A stretch of DNA of 64,000 nucleotides from an uncultured Acidobacteriota bacterium (GCA_963796275.1 CAWCKY010000007.1:480001-544000); one strand, 5' to 3'; positions 25,970 through 36,995 are shown, counted from the first letter of the stretch. Numbers and translations are program-made. The notes: generated by a model not told the origin, from the letters alone.

Positions 25970-27304
25970 ATGCCACTGCTGTCTCGCTTATCCAGCCTCT
26001 GGCGCAACCTGTTTCGTAGGGCCCGGAAAGAACAAGAGTTGACGGAAGAGATCGACGTCTATCTGGAGATGCTCATCGAGCAGAAGGTTAAGGAGGGGCT
26101 CGCTCCGGAAGAGGCGCGCCGCGAGGCACTGATTGAGCTTGGGGGCAAACAGCAAGTCAAAGAGAAGGTCAGGGATGTGAGAGCGGGACATTTATTGGAA
26201 ACGTTGTGGCAGGATTTGCGCTATGGGCTGCGGATGCTCGGGTTCAATCGAGAAAATGTTCTGCTCATCTCGACTGATCCAGAGATGATCGGGTATCAAA
26301 GTAGGGCGAGACAGATCGTCGATCTTTATCAGCGCATGCTCGAACGGATCAAAGCCATTCCCGGCGTGCGTTCTGTGAGCCTTTCAGGTCAGGGACTGCT
26401 CAGTGGAATTGGGACAAAGTCGATGGGTGGGCTTCAAGTGCAGGGACAGCCACCGCGACGTTTTATTTCGGAACTGTGTGTAGTAGGGCCTGATTATTTT
26501 GAAACTGTGGGGATGACGATTCTGCGTGGGCGTGGTTTTACCGCCCAGGATCACGAGAAGGCACCGCGGGTAGCCGTGGTTAATGAGACTTTCGTCCGTC
26601 AATACTTGGGCGGCGATAACGAACTGGGACAGCGTTTCCGCCTTGGCCCAGATGACAGCGAGATCGAAGTCGTCGGCATCGTCAAAGACGCAAAGTACGA
26701 TAACCTGCGCGAAGAGGCTAGGCACGTCTATTACGTCCCGTATGTTCAGGCATCCCATTTCTGGCGAGCAACCACCTTTCAAATCCGTACCGCGGCTGAT
26801 CCGACCCAGATCATTGCAGCCGCTCGGCAAGCGGCGCGAGAGATTGATGCCAACCTGCCACTCTTCAAAATCAAGACGCTCGCTACACAGGTTGATGAGA
26901 CGCTCGTACAGGAGCGTTTGATCGGCACGGTTTCCAGCTTCTTCGGCCTCCTCTCACTGTTGCTGGCCGCTATCGGTCTGTACGGAATTATGGCTTATTC
27001 AGTCAACCATCGAACGCATGAGATCGGCATCCGCCTGGCGCTCGGCGCGCAGCGAGGGGAAGTCTTGCGAATGGTGTTGAGTCGAGGAATGAAGCTGGTT
27101 TTGATCGGAGTAGTATTCGGTCTCGCCGCGTCGTTCGCGGCTACGCGCCTGGTCGCCAGCTATCTCTTCGGCGTAACGGCCACCGATCCCGCGACCTTTG
27201 TGGGAGTGCCGATACTATTGCTGATAGTGGCGTTGCTGGCCTGTTTCGTGCCGGCGCGGCGCGCGACGCGCGTGGATCCATTGGTGGCGCTCAGGGATGA
27301 GTAG
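25970..27304 (+). pseudogene. ADOP permease with a large in-frame internal deletion
   Basis: The prefix domain and WQDLRYGLRML are fused directly to GFNRENVL, the start of the second periplasmic domain. Length is 444 aa versus 889 aa for the neighbouring paralog. Confidence 0.75.
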
Positions 27305-27493
27305 GCGCGGCGATGATCACCTCGACCAAGCGATCCCCGGAATCTCCGCAGAGCACGAGAAATGCCCCGCGTCGAGGCAGTTTGATGTACGTTCCTTCGG
27401 CTGTCATGTAGAATGATATTCATTCTCGGAAACTCAGCTTCGATCCCTTTGTTTCTGCGATGAAATTCACATCGGAATAGGAGGGAGGAATCG

Positions 27494-27991
27494 ATGTACA
27501 ACTACAGGGAGGCCAGTCTATTACAGCGCATAGTGCGGCGGACCGCGGGGACCCGTCCATTGGCTTGGCTCTACATTCGAATACAGCAGCGCATTGACCA
27601 ATATGTGTACGGGCTCACAGGAGGGCGGACCACTGCCTCATCGTGGCTGTCAGGGTTGCCGGTGATAATGCTCACCACGATTGGCGCCAAGTCCGGCCAG
27701 CGGCGCACAATTCCCCTCCTGGGACTTCTTGACGGCACGCAACTCGTCGTGATCGCATCAAACTTCGGACAACGACACCACCCGGCCTGGTATCGAAATT
27801 TGCAGGCGCACCCACGTGCCTCGGTCACAATAGATGGCGTGACCCACGAGGTTGAGGCCCACGAGCTCACGGGGGAAGAGCGTGAACGCTATTTCCAGCG
27901 AGCTGTCGATATGTACCCGCCCTTTGTGCATTATCTGCAATGGTCTGGCGGCCGCCGAATCCCGGTGATCGAACTCGAGCCTACGTCATGA
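27494..27991 (+). CDS. Deazaflavin (F420)-dependent nitroreductase-family oxidoreductase (Ddn/DUF385)
   Basis: LTTIGAKSGQRRTIPL, VIASNFG...HPAWYRNLQAHP, RRIPVIEL. Confidence 0.92.
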   Translation: MYNYREASLLQRIVRRTAGTRPLAWLYIRIQQRIDQYVYGLTGGRTTASSWLSGLPVIMLTTIGAKSGQRRTIPLLGLLDGTQLVVIASNFGQRHHPAWYRNLQAHPRASVTIDGVTHEVEAHELTGEERERYFQRAVDMYPPFVHYLQWSGGRRIPVIELEPTS

Positions 27992-28180
27992 TCAGTTTTA
28001 AGTTCGGGGTCTTTCTGAATACTGCCTGCTTGAACGCAGAATGTATTCACTGTCCGGAGTTATTGAAGACGGATATAATGAATCAAGCCGTTGCGGCAAC
28101 GTAAATCGCGACAAAGTAGGTAATGTAAGAGTAACCCGGAACTGAAGAAGAAACGGAGAAACAGGTTGGTGACGGTAACT

Positions 28181-28810
28181 ATGGGCAATGCACAACCAAA
28201 TCGACTTTATACTCTGGAAGAGTATCTCGAATTCGAAGAGCGCGCCGAAGAGAAGCACGAATACATCGCCGGTAGAATATATCCGCTCGAAACGGCAATG
28301 GCTGGCGGTGAAATGGCGCACGCTCAGTTGACGATCAATCTGGGAGCGCTTATGCATAGCCGGTTGCCAAAAGGATGCATTGGTTTATCTTCCGATATGA
28401 AAATCAGGATCGAGGAAGCAAATATCAATACATATGCAGACCTGACCATCGTTTGTGGCGAGCCCCAATTTGTTCCGCATCCGAAAGGAAAGAAGCTTCT
28501 ACTCCTTAACCCGAAGGTTATCGTTGAGGTTTTGTCTGAATCGACGGAGCCATATGATCGCGGCGAGAAATGGAATTCATACCAATCAATCCCATCACTC
28601 ACCGACTATCTACTTGTCTCCAGTGATCAGCACTTGATCGAGCATTATGGACGTGCTGACGATGGTTGGCTCTATACGCACAGCCTTGGACTCGAAGGCA
28701 AAGTGCAATTCGAGAATCTTGACATCACCCTACTGCTTGCCGAGGTTTACCAGGATGTAGCACTCGCGCCACGCTATGACCGCCGGCGTCTCACTATTAT
28801 CGAATCATGA
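28181..28810 (+). CDS. Uma2 family (DUF820) endonuclease-fold protein
   Basis: YTLEEYL...KHEY, MAGG...H, NPKVIVEVLSEST..YDRGEK...Y..IPSL.DYLLV. Confidence 0.92.
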   Translation: MGNAQPNRLYTLEEYLEFEERAEEKHEYIAGRIYPLETAMAGGEMAHAQLTINLGALMHSRLPKGCIGLSSDMKIRIEEANINTYADLTIVCGEPQFVPHPKGKKLLLLNPKVIVEVLSESTEPYDRGEKWNSYQSIPSLTDYLLVSSDQHLIEHYGRADDGWLYTHSLGLEGKVQFENLDITLLLAEVYQDVALAPRYDRRRLTIIES

Positions 28811-28845
28811 ATCAGGTCAGACCCCGAGTTTCATTTCTGTTCCTG

Positions 28846-29121
28846 CTACTCTCTTCCAAAACCCGTAACCATCCGACGTGCTCTCGCTTTGGCAGCCTCT
28901 TCTTCGCGGTTCTTCGGTGGCGCATTCGTCTCGAGCGAGGCCAACAATCTTTGGGAAATCGCTGCGATCTCGTCGACTGCCGCCAGGAATGCTGCTTCAT
29001 TGGTTTTCGATGGCTTGTTGAAGCCGCTCACTTTTCTCACGAATTGTAATGAAGCCGCGCGAATCTCTTCTTCCGTCACGGGCGGTTCGAAGTTGAAGAG
29101 CGTCTTGATATTTCTACACAT
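28846..29121 (-). CDS. DUF2277 family protein
   Basis: MCRNIKTLFNFEPP...RAASLQFVRKVSGF.KPS. Confidence 0.9.
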   Translation of the reverse strand: MCRNIKTLFNFEPPVTEEEIRAASLQFVRKVSGFNKPSKTNEAAFLAAVDEIAAISQRLLASLETNAPPKNREEEAAKARARRMVTGFGRE

Positions 29122-29154
29122 AAGCCATTTTTCGATTTTTCATAACTTTATTCC

Positions 29155-29329
29155 GCCCTTACAACAGGGCTTGACGTCTCACTTGCTGCTACCAGGGGCT
29201 ACGCGCTTAGCGCGCTCCACCCCTGGCTATTTTATTGTGCGCCGTTGGCGCTTAGAAGCACCCTTATCCTTACCTTGGCGCGCATGCGCCACAGTCTTGG
29301 CGCAAATGCGCTACCGCTCGCGGTACTGA
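29155..29329. repeat. Degenerate REP remnants
   Basis: ccaggggctacgcgcttagcgcgctccacccctggcta resembles the REPIN arm at 10451-10510. gctaccgctcgcggtactg matches the ACCGCGAGCGGTAGC REP. Confidence 0.6.
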
Positions 29330-29380
29330 TTTTACCATTTCCCATAGCTGCACCTTTGCGTTGTATCTTACCTTTTCTCG

Positions 29381-32300
29381 CTAATAATTCATCCTAAGTG
29401 CGAATTGAACCAGTCTCGGATTATTCGCCTGCGAGCCGACGATGCCGAATTGCGGATTACCCACTGTTTGGCCGGGGAAGTTGAACTGAACCCGGTTGAA
29501 CAGATTAAAGAACTCCGCGCGAAATTGGAGTCCCACCCGCTCGCTGATCTTCGTGTTTTTGAAGAGCGCAAAATCCCAGTTATTCATGCTATGGGCGCGG
29601 AGTTTGGGGTTAACGCGTCCTTCGGTGCCGAAGGTGAAGGCCGGCGGCTGCATAAAGCATGAGGTGTTGAACCAGCGGTTCAGCCTCTCCTGAACCGATC
29701 CCGAGACATCCTGATTGCACCCCGAAACCACGTTCGGCCGCGACCCGCCGCCGAAAGAGTTGGTCAGGTTCGCGGCTGTTCCAAATCGCAGTGGGAAACC
29801 GCTCTGAAATGTGTAAACGCCATTTATACCCCAGCCCGATATCAGTTTTTTTGCGGGTCCGCTCACCTTATTTAGGAACCTCCGCCCATCCCCAAAGGGA
29901 AGATCGAGCACATAACTCACAACCAGCCGGTGCGGCACATCGAAGCTGGCCAGCGATCGTTCGAGGCGCAGGTTGTTGTTATTCTGCACGCCTGCCGGAC
30001 CGGAGGATTCAAGCCAGCCGGTCAGCGTGTCCGTATCGCTGATCAGCTTAGCCATAGTATAGGTCGCCAGGATGCTGCCTCCCGCTCTGAGCCGCCTCTC
30101 GGCTTTCAACTGCAGAGCGTGATAAGTGCTGTTTCGGTTGGACATCGAAGCGATGGATACGCCGGTGTACTGCGGATACAGGCGCAGAAGCTGTCCGCGC
30201 GCTACGGTCCGGGCAGCCAGCGCTCCGTTGGTAATGTAGCCGAAGAACGGGTTGGGAACTTGCTCCTGCAGACTCGCCCCGAGGGAGAGGAGTGCATCGG
30301 GAAGCTGATTGATCTGCTGATTACCCGGAAGATGCGTTCCCTTTGATCCGGCATATGCAGCCTCGAACAGAAACCCATCGCCTAACTCGCGTTGAAGATT
30401 GAGATTCCATTGTTGGTTATAGCCATAAGGCTCGTTAGCGATCGGCGTGTTGCCGATCCCCTGGCCAAGGAGAATCTGCTGGAATGACGGGCTGTTTCCC
30501 GGCGGTTGAAGTACACCGTTAGGAAAAGGGTTATTCAACTGCTCACCCGGCGTTACACTTCCATCGATCGTCGCTACCCACGGGGTGGCAATAGCGTTGA
30601 CGGGGGCGTTGTTGGGAGCAGTCGCGAATACCACGTCGTTGGGTAAATAGAATATCCCGTATCCCCCGCGAATGACGGTCTTGTCCGTGAAGCGATAAGA
30701 GAAGCCCAGACGCGGCGCGAGCAGGTTCCAGAACCGGTCCTGTGAACTGCGAGATGTTCGGTCCGGAGTATTGACCAGACCCAGCTTTCCTTTGAGAGGC
30801 ACACCCGTAGGTCCCGCCAGCGGGCTTTCGGCATCAGGGAGAAAGACGTTCAATCGATCGAACCGCTCAGTCCACGGACCCGGCAACTCCCACCGCAAAC
30901 CGTAATTGAGCGTCAGCTTCTGGTTCACCTGGAAGGTGTCGTTTATGAAATATCCCTGGTAAATCTGCTGCCCGGCCACCAGCGCGGGAGTCAGGATATT
31001 GCCGTCAGTCCCGTAGCCTAGCAGGAACGATGCGAAAGCATTGCCCGTACCGGCCGGGGCGAATGGATTGGCCGAAGTGATGAGGTTGTTGAAATTGAGC
31101 GCGCCGCTCGCATTATTGCTCTGCGCGTAGTTATGGGTCATTGGGCGCACCTCGCCGCCAATTTTCAGCGTGTGACGGCCCGTCATCCTCGTGAGGCTGG
31201 CCGCGAAGGATAAGCTGTCGTTGCGCGCGATGATGGTGCTGCCCGTACCGTTAGAGCAGAAAACGTCGGTGTAGCCCTGCACGCAAGGCGTTGGGATATG
31301 ACGGAATAGCACCTGGTCGTTGAGACTGGCGGGCCATCCGAAATTCGTCAGGTCTATGCCCAAACTCTCCGGTATGCGGTCGTAGACGAACCTCAGATAT
31401 GCGACGCGAAAATCGGCGATGGTGGTAGGACTGAAGGTATACGTGTCGGCGAGCACGAACTGACGCGTGAGGAAAGTCTCGGGCCCGCGGTCGACGTAGG
31501 TCTGCGTCTGATATGGATCGATCGGCAGGCTCAGATTGCTCCAGTGCGTGTAACGGCCGAAGATTCGCTGCTTTTCGCTCAGATTGTAATCGATCCGGGC
31601 ATTGTATTGGTCGTTGTTTCCGCCGATCCTGGCATTGGTCGCGAAATTATTGACATCTGTGAACTGCTGTCCCGGCGTGTTGGGAAGCGCCCAGAGGTTT
31701 CTCAGTATCTTCGCGGTTGCGTCGATACGATTCTCCGGGATTTTGTTCTCCGGGAATTGCTGGCGCGTGATGATCTCTCTGCCTTCCGCACCAAGCGCAC
31801 AGGCCGGATTGCCCAGTCGGCCGCATGTTGTGAGCGGGTCATAGATTGGGATCAGGTTGCCCTGTGCATCGCGCAAGTTCGAGAAGTTGCCGTTGCGAAA
31901 CTCATCGGTCGGCACAGAGGAGAGGAACGACTGGCCCTGACGCTGGCGAAATCCTTCATACGCGAAGAAGAAGAACATCTTGTTGTTCCCGACGAATCCC
32001 AACGGCCCGAAGACCTTTTTCGGCAGCTTCACAGGTCCGCCGATGTTCGCGCCGAACTGGTTCTGGGTGAAGGCCGGGCGCTCGATACCCGAGCGGTTGT
32101 TGAAGAACGTGTTTGCGTTCAGCACCCGGTTCCGCATGAACTCATAGGCGCTCCCGTGGAGATCGTTGGTTCCCGATTTAGACGTGAGGTTGATGACGCC
32201 GCCGGTGAAGCGGCCGAACTCCGCGCTCAGATTGTTCGTCTGGACGCGGAACTCCTGGATCGCATCCTGCGTCGGGACCAGCGTCGTCAGGTTAGCGTAT

Positions 32301-32932
32301 ATGACATTCAACGGGCCGCCATCTAGAAACGACGCGCTCTGATTGGCCGCGCCACCACCGATCTGATAGTTGCCCCAGGCGAAGATGTTGGTGCCGGTGG
32401 GATTCTGCATCGACTGGCCCTGCGGCACCACGCCCGGCGCCAGCGCCACGAGGTTGAGCACGTTGCGCCCGTTGAGCGGCATCTCCAGGACCTTACGTGA
32501 ATCCACCACCTGTCCGAGAGACGTCGTATCGGGCTGGAGCAATGGCGTCTGGCTGGTGATCTCCACCACCTCGTTGACATCGCCTGTCTCGAGGGCTGTG
32601 TCGATGCGGACGGCGGCCTGTACTTCCACGACGATCTCAGGCCGCGTGTAGCGTTTGAAGCCGGCCTTCTCGATCTCCACTCGGTAGCGCCCGGGAACGA
32701 GGTTGACGAACTGATAGTTGCCGTCTGGACCAGTCTCCACAGCCCGGCGCTCGGAAGTCCCGAGACTGGTCAGCGTCACCTTTGCACTGGGTACGACGGC
32801 CCCGCTACTGTCGGTGACATTCCCGATAATCGAACCATAGAATGTTTGTGCGGTGGTTCGAGAAGGGAAGGAGGCAATGAAGGTGATCAAGAGAGTGAGA
32901 GTCAGAATCGCTGGCGGAAGTTTTCGGATCAT
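29381..32932 (-). CDS. TonB-dependent receptor with carboxypeptidase regulatory-like N-domain
   Basis: The probable start is MIRKLPP at 32932 (RBS ggag). Motifs: MPLNGRN, SKSGTN, LNYGLRWE, C-terminal QFALRMNY. Confidence 0.95.
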   Translation of the reverse strand: MIRKLPPAILTLTLLITFIASFPSRTTAQTFYGSIIGNVTDSSGAVVPSAKVTLTSLGTSERRAVETGPDGNYQFVNLVPGRYRVEIEKAGFKRYTRPEIVVEVQAAVRIDTALETGDVNEVVEITSQTPLLQPDTTSLGQVVDSRKVLEMPLNGRNVLNLVALAPGVVPQGQSMQNPTGTNIFAWGNYQIGGGAANQSASFLDGGPLNVIYANLTTLVPTQDAIQEFRVQTNNLSAEFGRFTGGVINLTSKSGTNDLHGSAYEFMRNRVLNANTFFNNRSGIERPAFTQNQFGANIGGPVKLPKKVFGPLGFVGNNKMFFFFAYEGFRQRQGQSFLSSVPTDEFRNGNFSNLRDAQGNLIPIYDPLTTCGRLGNPACALGAEGREIITRQQFPENKIPENRIDATAKILRNLWALPNTPGQQFTDVNNFATNARIGGNNDQYNARIDYNLSEKQRIFGRYTHWSNLSLPIDPYQTQTYVDRGPETFLTRQFVLADTYTFSPTTIADFRVAYLRFVYDRIPESLGIDLTNFGWPASLNDQVLFRHIPTPCVQGYTDVFCSNGTGSTIIARNDSLSFAASLTRMTGRHTLKIGGEVRPMTHNYAQSNNASGALNFNNLITSANPFAPAGTGNAFASFLLGYGTDGNILTPALVAGQQIYQGYFINDTFQVNQKLTLNYGLRWELPGPWTERFDRLNVFLPDAESPLAGPTGVPLKGKLGLVNTPDRTSRSSQDRFWNLLAPRLGFSYRFTDKTVIRGGYGIFYLPNDVVFATAPNNAPVNAIATPWVATIDGSVTPGEQLNNPFPNGVLQPPGNSPSFQQILLGQGIGNTPIANEPYGYNQQWNLNLQRELGDGFLFEAAYAGSKGTHLPGNQQINQLPDALLSLGASLQEQVPNPFFGYITNGALAARTVARGQLLRLYPQYTGVSIASMSNRNSTYHALQLKAERRLRAGGSILATYTMAKLISDTDTLTGWLESSGPAGVQNNNNLRLERSLASFDVPHRLVVSYVLDLPFGDGRRFLNKVSGPAKKLISGWGINGVYTFQSGFPLRFGTAANLTNSFGGGSRPNVVSGCNQDVSGSVQERLNRWFNTSCFMQPPAFTFGTEGRVNPKLRAHSMNNWDFALFKNTKISERVGLQFRAEFFNLFNRVQFNFPGQTVGNPQFGIVGSQANNPRLVQFALRMNY

Positions 32933-32974
32933 ATAATTCTCCAGTTGAATGATGTGTGTACTGTTTCGGAAGGG

Positions 32975-33072
32975 AAATTCATCACAAAAATCACAAATTG
33001 TACAAAGGACACAAACCTCCAACACCTCTTCATCCTGCTTTTTGTCATTTTTGTACTTTGTATGATGAATTT
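32975..33072. repeat. Nonamer-repeat hairpin (CACAAAAAT-type) between divergent TBDR genes
   Basis: aaattcatcacaaaaatcacaaattgtacaaaggacacaaa ... tttttgtcatttttgtactttgtatgatgaattt. Confidence 0.75.
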
Positions 33073-33181
33073 TCTTGCAGTAACGATCAGATCGTACTAA
33101 TGTTTACCCCGTCCCATCAACCTTACTAAGATCACCTTAGTGTGCGAGCCCGAATAACGCACAATCTGGGAGGTTAAAAAT

Positions 33182-36100
33182 ATGTATCTAGGTACCAGAC
33201 TAGGTTCAGTATCTATGTCTATCCTAATGATGCTCTCTATAATGCTATCTTCACTCGTAATGGCTCAGACCACGAGTGGTTCGATTGCGGGGAGTATTGT
33301 TGACCCGAGCCAGGCGGCCGTTGTGAGCGCAACGATCAAGATCTCGGATGAATCGAAAAGATTTTCATTGACCATGACGTCGGACGGCGAAGGGCGTTTC
33401 GTCTTTCCGCAGGTGCCGCCGGCCACGTATGCGTTGACTATCGAGGCCAAGGGATTCAAGAAGAATCAGCGGACCGGCATCCTGGTGGTAGCGAACGACA
33501 AACTCACGCTGGGCAATCTTGTGCTAGAGGTCGGTGAGACCACTGAGACGGTCACGGTCATTGCGGAAGCCACGTTGGTCCAGGCCGAGAGCGCCGAGCG
33601 CTCCTACGCCATCCAGAGCCAGACCATGCAGAATATCGCGGTCAACGGCCGCGGGTTCACGGCGCTCGCCGCGATCGCGCCGGGGATTGCCGTCACCAAC
33701 GCCAATGGCGTTAACAACGGAGTCCCGACCGATATCACCAATATCAGCGCGAATGGCCTGCGCCCCAGCGCGAACAACCTCCAGATCGATGGAGTGGCGA
33801 CGGTGGACACCGGCAATAACGGCCAGATGGTCGCGGTCGTGCTTGATTCCATCGCCGAGTTCAAGGTGCTCACCTCGAACTATCAGGCCGAGTACGGGCG
33901 TTCGGCGGGCGCGCAGATCAGCGCGGTGACGAAGAGCGGAACGAAGGATTTTCATGGATCGTTCTATGCTTTTCGCCGGCACGACGGGATGAACGCCAAC
34001 ACGTGGATCAACAACCGCGACGGCGTCGGCAAGCCTCGGCTCGACCAGCGCGACATCGGATACACGATCGGCGGTCCGGTCTACATCCCGAAACTCTTCA
34101 ACACGAACAAGGATAAGGTCTTCTTCTTCTTCAGCCAGGAGCACCAGAAGCGGTTTACGCCGCCAGGGGGGCCAACGAGGGTGACGGTGCCGACGGCTTT
34201 GGAGCGGATGGGCGATTTCTCGCAGAGCGTGGACGGTGGCGGTGTTCCGTTCAACTTCATCAAGAACCCAGGCGTGGGGGGGCTATGTCAGGCGACGCCG
34301 GCGAGTCCCGAGGCCGGCATTGACTACCAGGCTGCTTGTTTCCGGGATGGCGGCGCCCTCGGGAGGATTCCGCAGTCCGCGTTGTTTCAGCCCGGCCTCG
34401 CTATCCTGAACATGTATCCGCTTCCGAATACATCCGGTACTGGGTTCAATTACATCAGCGAGGCATCGACTAGCGATCCACAACGGCAGGACCTCTATCG
34501 CGGCGATTGGAACATCACGAACAACTGGCGCGCGACCGGAAAATTCCTCTACTACAAGAGAAGCCCGGTCCAGCCATATGGGTCGTTCGTGTTGGGCACC
34601 AATATGCCTGACTTCCCGACGATCTTCCCGAACAATCGCTATGGCGTGACCGGGACCGTCACAGGAACGCTCAACGCGACTACTGTGCTGGAGGCGACCT
34701 TCGGCCAGAGCCATAACTTTATCGACATTCTTCCGAACAATCCGAACTTCAATCGCGCCAGCCTGGGATTGTCGGGTATCCCATTGCTCTATCCGGACGC
34801 GGTCCAGATCGATTCTCCGCCGCAGTTCACCTTCGACGGCGGGCGCATCGCAAACGGTCCGAGAATCGGCTCGAACAACGCGCCGTTCTACAATTTCAAC
34901 ACGACGCGCGACTCGGCAGTGAGCGTCTCCAAGATCCAGGGATCGCACAACCTGAAATTCGGCTTGTTCTGGCAGACCAGCTTCAAGCCGCAGAGTAGCT
35001 TCGCCAACAATAACGGCCTTTACAACTTCAATAATGAGGCCGCCAACCCGCTCGATACGGGGTTTGGCTTTGCCAATGCTGCCGTTGGCGTCTACAACCA
35101 GTTCACCCAAGCGTCGGGCTACTTCATCGGCGAGTATCGCTACAACAACGTTGAATGGTTTGCGCAGGACAACTGGAAAGTGAGTAACCGGTTGACCCTC
35201 GACTACGGCATGCGCTTCTACTGGATTCAGCAGCAGTTCGATGAGGCTTCGCAGACTGCCAACTTTCTGCCTGACCAGTTCAATCCGGCGGATGCCCCAT
35301 TGCTATACCGCCCGATATGCATTGGCGCTTCCCCCTGCAGTAGCAGCACGACCAACCGGCGCGCGGTGGATCCGAGGCTCCTGGTGCCAGGATTCGTGCC
35401 GACATCAGGAAATACGATTGAGGGCGTCTATATCGGTCGGATCGTGCCGAATACAGGCAGTATTACAAACGGCGTCTTTCAGGCTGGGAATGGCATAGAG
35501 CAGGGATTGTACCAAAATCGCGGCGTCCATTTCGCTCCGCGCTTCGGCTTCGCCTATGACGCACTCGGCGATCAGCGTCTCGTCATCCGCGGCGGCGCGG
35601 GGGTGTTCTATGATCGCCCGCAGGGCAATACCGTCTTTGACCTGCTGCAGAATCCGCCGACGACTCTCCAGCCGACGCTATTCTTCGGGAGAATGCAGAA
35701 TATCGGCAGTGGAGATGTGCTGCTTGCGCCACCCAACCTCATCGCAATCGACCGCGAGGGCAAGATTCCGACGACCTATGCCTTCAATATCGGCGTCCAG
35801 CGCAAGCTGCCGCTCGATACCATCCTGGACGTCTCATATGTCGGCACGACCGGCTCGCACCTACTGCAGCGGCGTAACATCAATGCCCCGGCTTATGGCG
35901 CGGCCTACCTGGCGCAGAACCTGGATCCAACCTCGGGAGCGAGGGTGGAAATTCCCGGCTCGCGGGCGTTACCAACCGATTTTCTGAGACCCTATCAAGG
36001 GTTCGGGAATATCCAGTACATCGAGCCGTCTTCCAGCTCGAACTATCACTCGTTGCAGACCTCGGTCAACCGGCGTTTCAGCCGTGGGCTTCTGCTGGGC

Positions 36101-36832
36101 GTGAACTATACCTGGAGCAAGGCTCTCGGCACATCATCTGAAGATCTGCCGAATGTCCAGAACTTCGGCGCGCCGCACAATCTGGATCAGCGCCGGGCCA
36201 ATTATGGACCACAGAACTTCGACATTCGTCACAATTTCAGTATCAACTATGTGTGGCAGATGCCGAAGGCGACTCAGAACCGGAATCTCGGGTATGCGTT
36301 GAATGATTGGCAATTGTCAGGTGTCTATCGATACACGACGGGACTGCCCTACAACCTCAATCTAACTATCCCCGGTATCTCGGGTTACACGTATACCGGG
36401 ACTCAGTCAATCGAGGGGGCGCGCGCCGTCCTATTGAATGAGCCCGGCAGCGGGTCGAGCAGCGATCCTTACCGGCAATTCGACGTCTCGGCAGTCGCGG
36501 TACCGGGAACGGGGAGTCTGGGCTTCGAATCGGGGCGCAACTTTCTCCGCCGCTCGCCGATCAACAGCCTGGACCTTTCGCTTTCGAAGCGCTTTCGCTT
36601 CAAAGAGAGGGCGGAGTTCGAATTGCGTCTTGACGCCTTCAATGCGCTCAATCACACGCAGTTCAACGACGTCAACTCGACGCTCACAGTGCGAGGTTTC
36701 AACGATACGACCGGCTTGATCGATACAACTCCGACCAATCTTGCGTCGGACAGTAATAAAGTCGGTTTCGGCGGAGTCCAAAATGTCCGCCTGCCGCGCA
36801 ACCTGCAGTGGTCGGCGCGTTTCCAGTTCTAA
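33182..36832 (+). CDS. TonB-dependent receptor with carboxypeptidase regulatory-like N-domain
   Basis: RBS ggagg. Motifs: EFKVLTSNYQAEYGR, TKSGT, QDNWKV, C-terminal QWSARFQF. Confidence 0.95.
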   Translation: MYLGTRLGSVSMSILMMLSIMLSSLVMAQTTSGSIAGSIVDPSQAAVVSATIKISDESKRFSLTMTSDGEGRFVFPQVPPATYALTIEAKGFKKNQRTGILVVANDKLTLGNLVLEVGETTETVTVIAEATLVQAESAERSYAIQSQTMQNIAVNGRGFTALAAIAPGIAVTNANGVNNGVPTDITNISANGLRPSANNLQIDGVATVDTGNNGQMVAVVLDSIAEFKVLTSNYQAEYGRSAGAQISAVTKSGTKDFHGSFYAFRRHDGMNANTWINNRDGVGKPRLDQRDIGYTIGGPVYIPKLFNTNKDKVFFFFSQEHQKRFTPPGGPTRVTVPTALERMGDFSQSVDGGGVPFNFIKNPGVGGLCQATPASPEAGIDYQAACFRDGGALGRIPQSALFQPGLAILNMYPLPNTSGTGFNYISEASTSDPQRQDLYRGDWNITNNWRATGKFLYYKRSPVQPYGSFVLGTNMPDFPTIFPNNRYGVTGTVTGTLNATTVLEATFGQSHNFIDILPNNPNFNRASLGLSGIPLLYPDAVQIDSPPQFTFDGGRIANGPRIGSNNAPFYNFNTTRDSAVSVSKIQGSHNLKFGLFWQTSFKPQSSFANNNGLYNFNNEAANPLDTGFGFANAAVGVYNQFTQASGYFIGEYRYNNVEWFAQDNWKVSNRLTLDYGMRFYWIQQQFDEASQTANFLPDQFNPADAPLLYRPICIGASPCSSSTTNRRAVDPRLLVPGFVPTSGNTIEGVYIGRIVPNTGSITNGVFQAGNGIEQGLYQNRGVHFAPRFGFAYDALGDQRLVIRGGAGVFYDRPQGNTVFDLLQNPPTTLQPTLFFGRMQNIGSGDVLLAPPNLIAIDREGKIPTTYAFNIGVQRKLPLDTILDVSYVGTTGSHLLQRRNINAPAYGAAYLAQNLDPTSGARVEIPGSRALPTDFLRPYQGFGNIQYIEPSSSSNYHSLQTSVNRRFSRGLLLGVNYTWSKALGTSSEDLPNVQNFGAPHNLDQRRANYGPQNFDIRHNFSINYVWQMPKATQNRNLGYALNDWQLSGVYRYTTGLPYNLNLTIPGISGYTYTGTQSIEGARAVLLNEPGSGSSSDPYRQFDVSAVAVPGTGSLGFESGRNFLRRSPINSLDLSLSKRFRFKERAEFELRLDAFNALNHTQFNDVNSTLTVRGFNDTTGLIDTTPTNLASDSNKVGFGGVQNVRLPRNLQWSARFQF

Positions 36833-36995
36833 AGGGAAACAAAGGAAATATAAGGGTCAGTAGGGGCAAAGGGGCAAAGGGGCAAAAGGGCATGAAGTAG
36901 GCTCTGTGCTCCTATTGTCCCTATTGCCCCTTTTTTCGCCTTCCTCGCCTTTTTTGATTCTTCCTCACTTCCCGACTGGACTTTTCCTCGCTTCC
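36833..36995. repeat. Degenerate 8/9-mer repeat hairpin (GGGGCAAA / TTGCCCC)
   Basis: taggggcaaaggggcaaaggggcaaaaggg ... cctattgtccctattgcccctttttt. Confidence 0.65.

Noticed and set aside
32933-33025. Cys-rich N-terminal extension of the TBDR (MLEVCVLCTICDFCD)
   Set aside because: This is the translation of a nonamer repeat arm. A good RBS and signal peptide begin at 32932.
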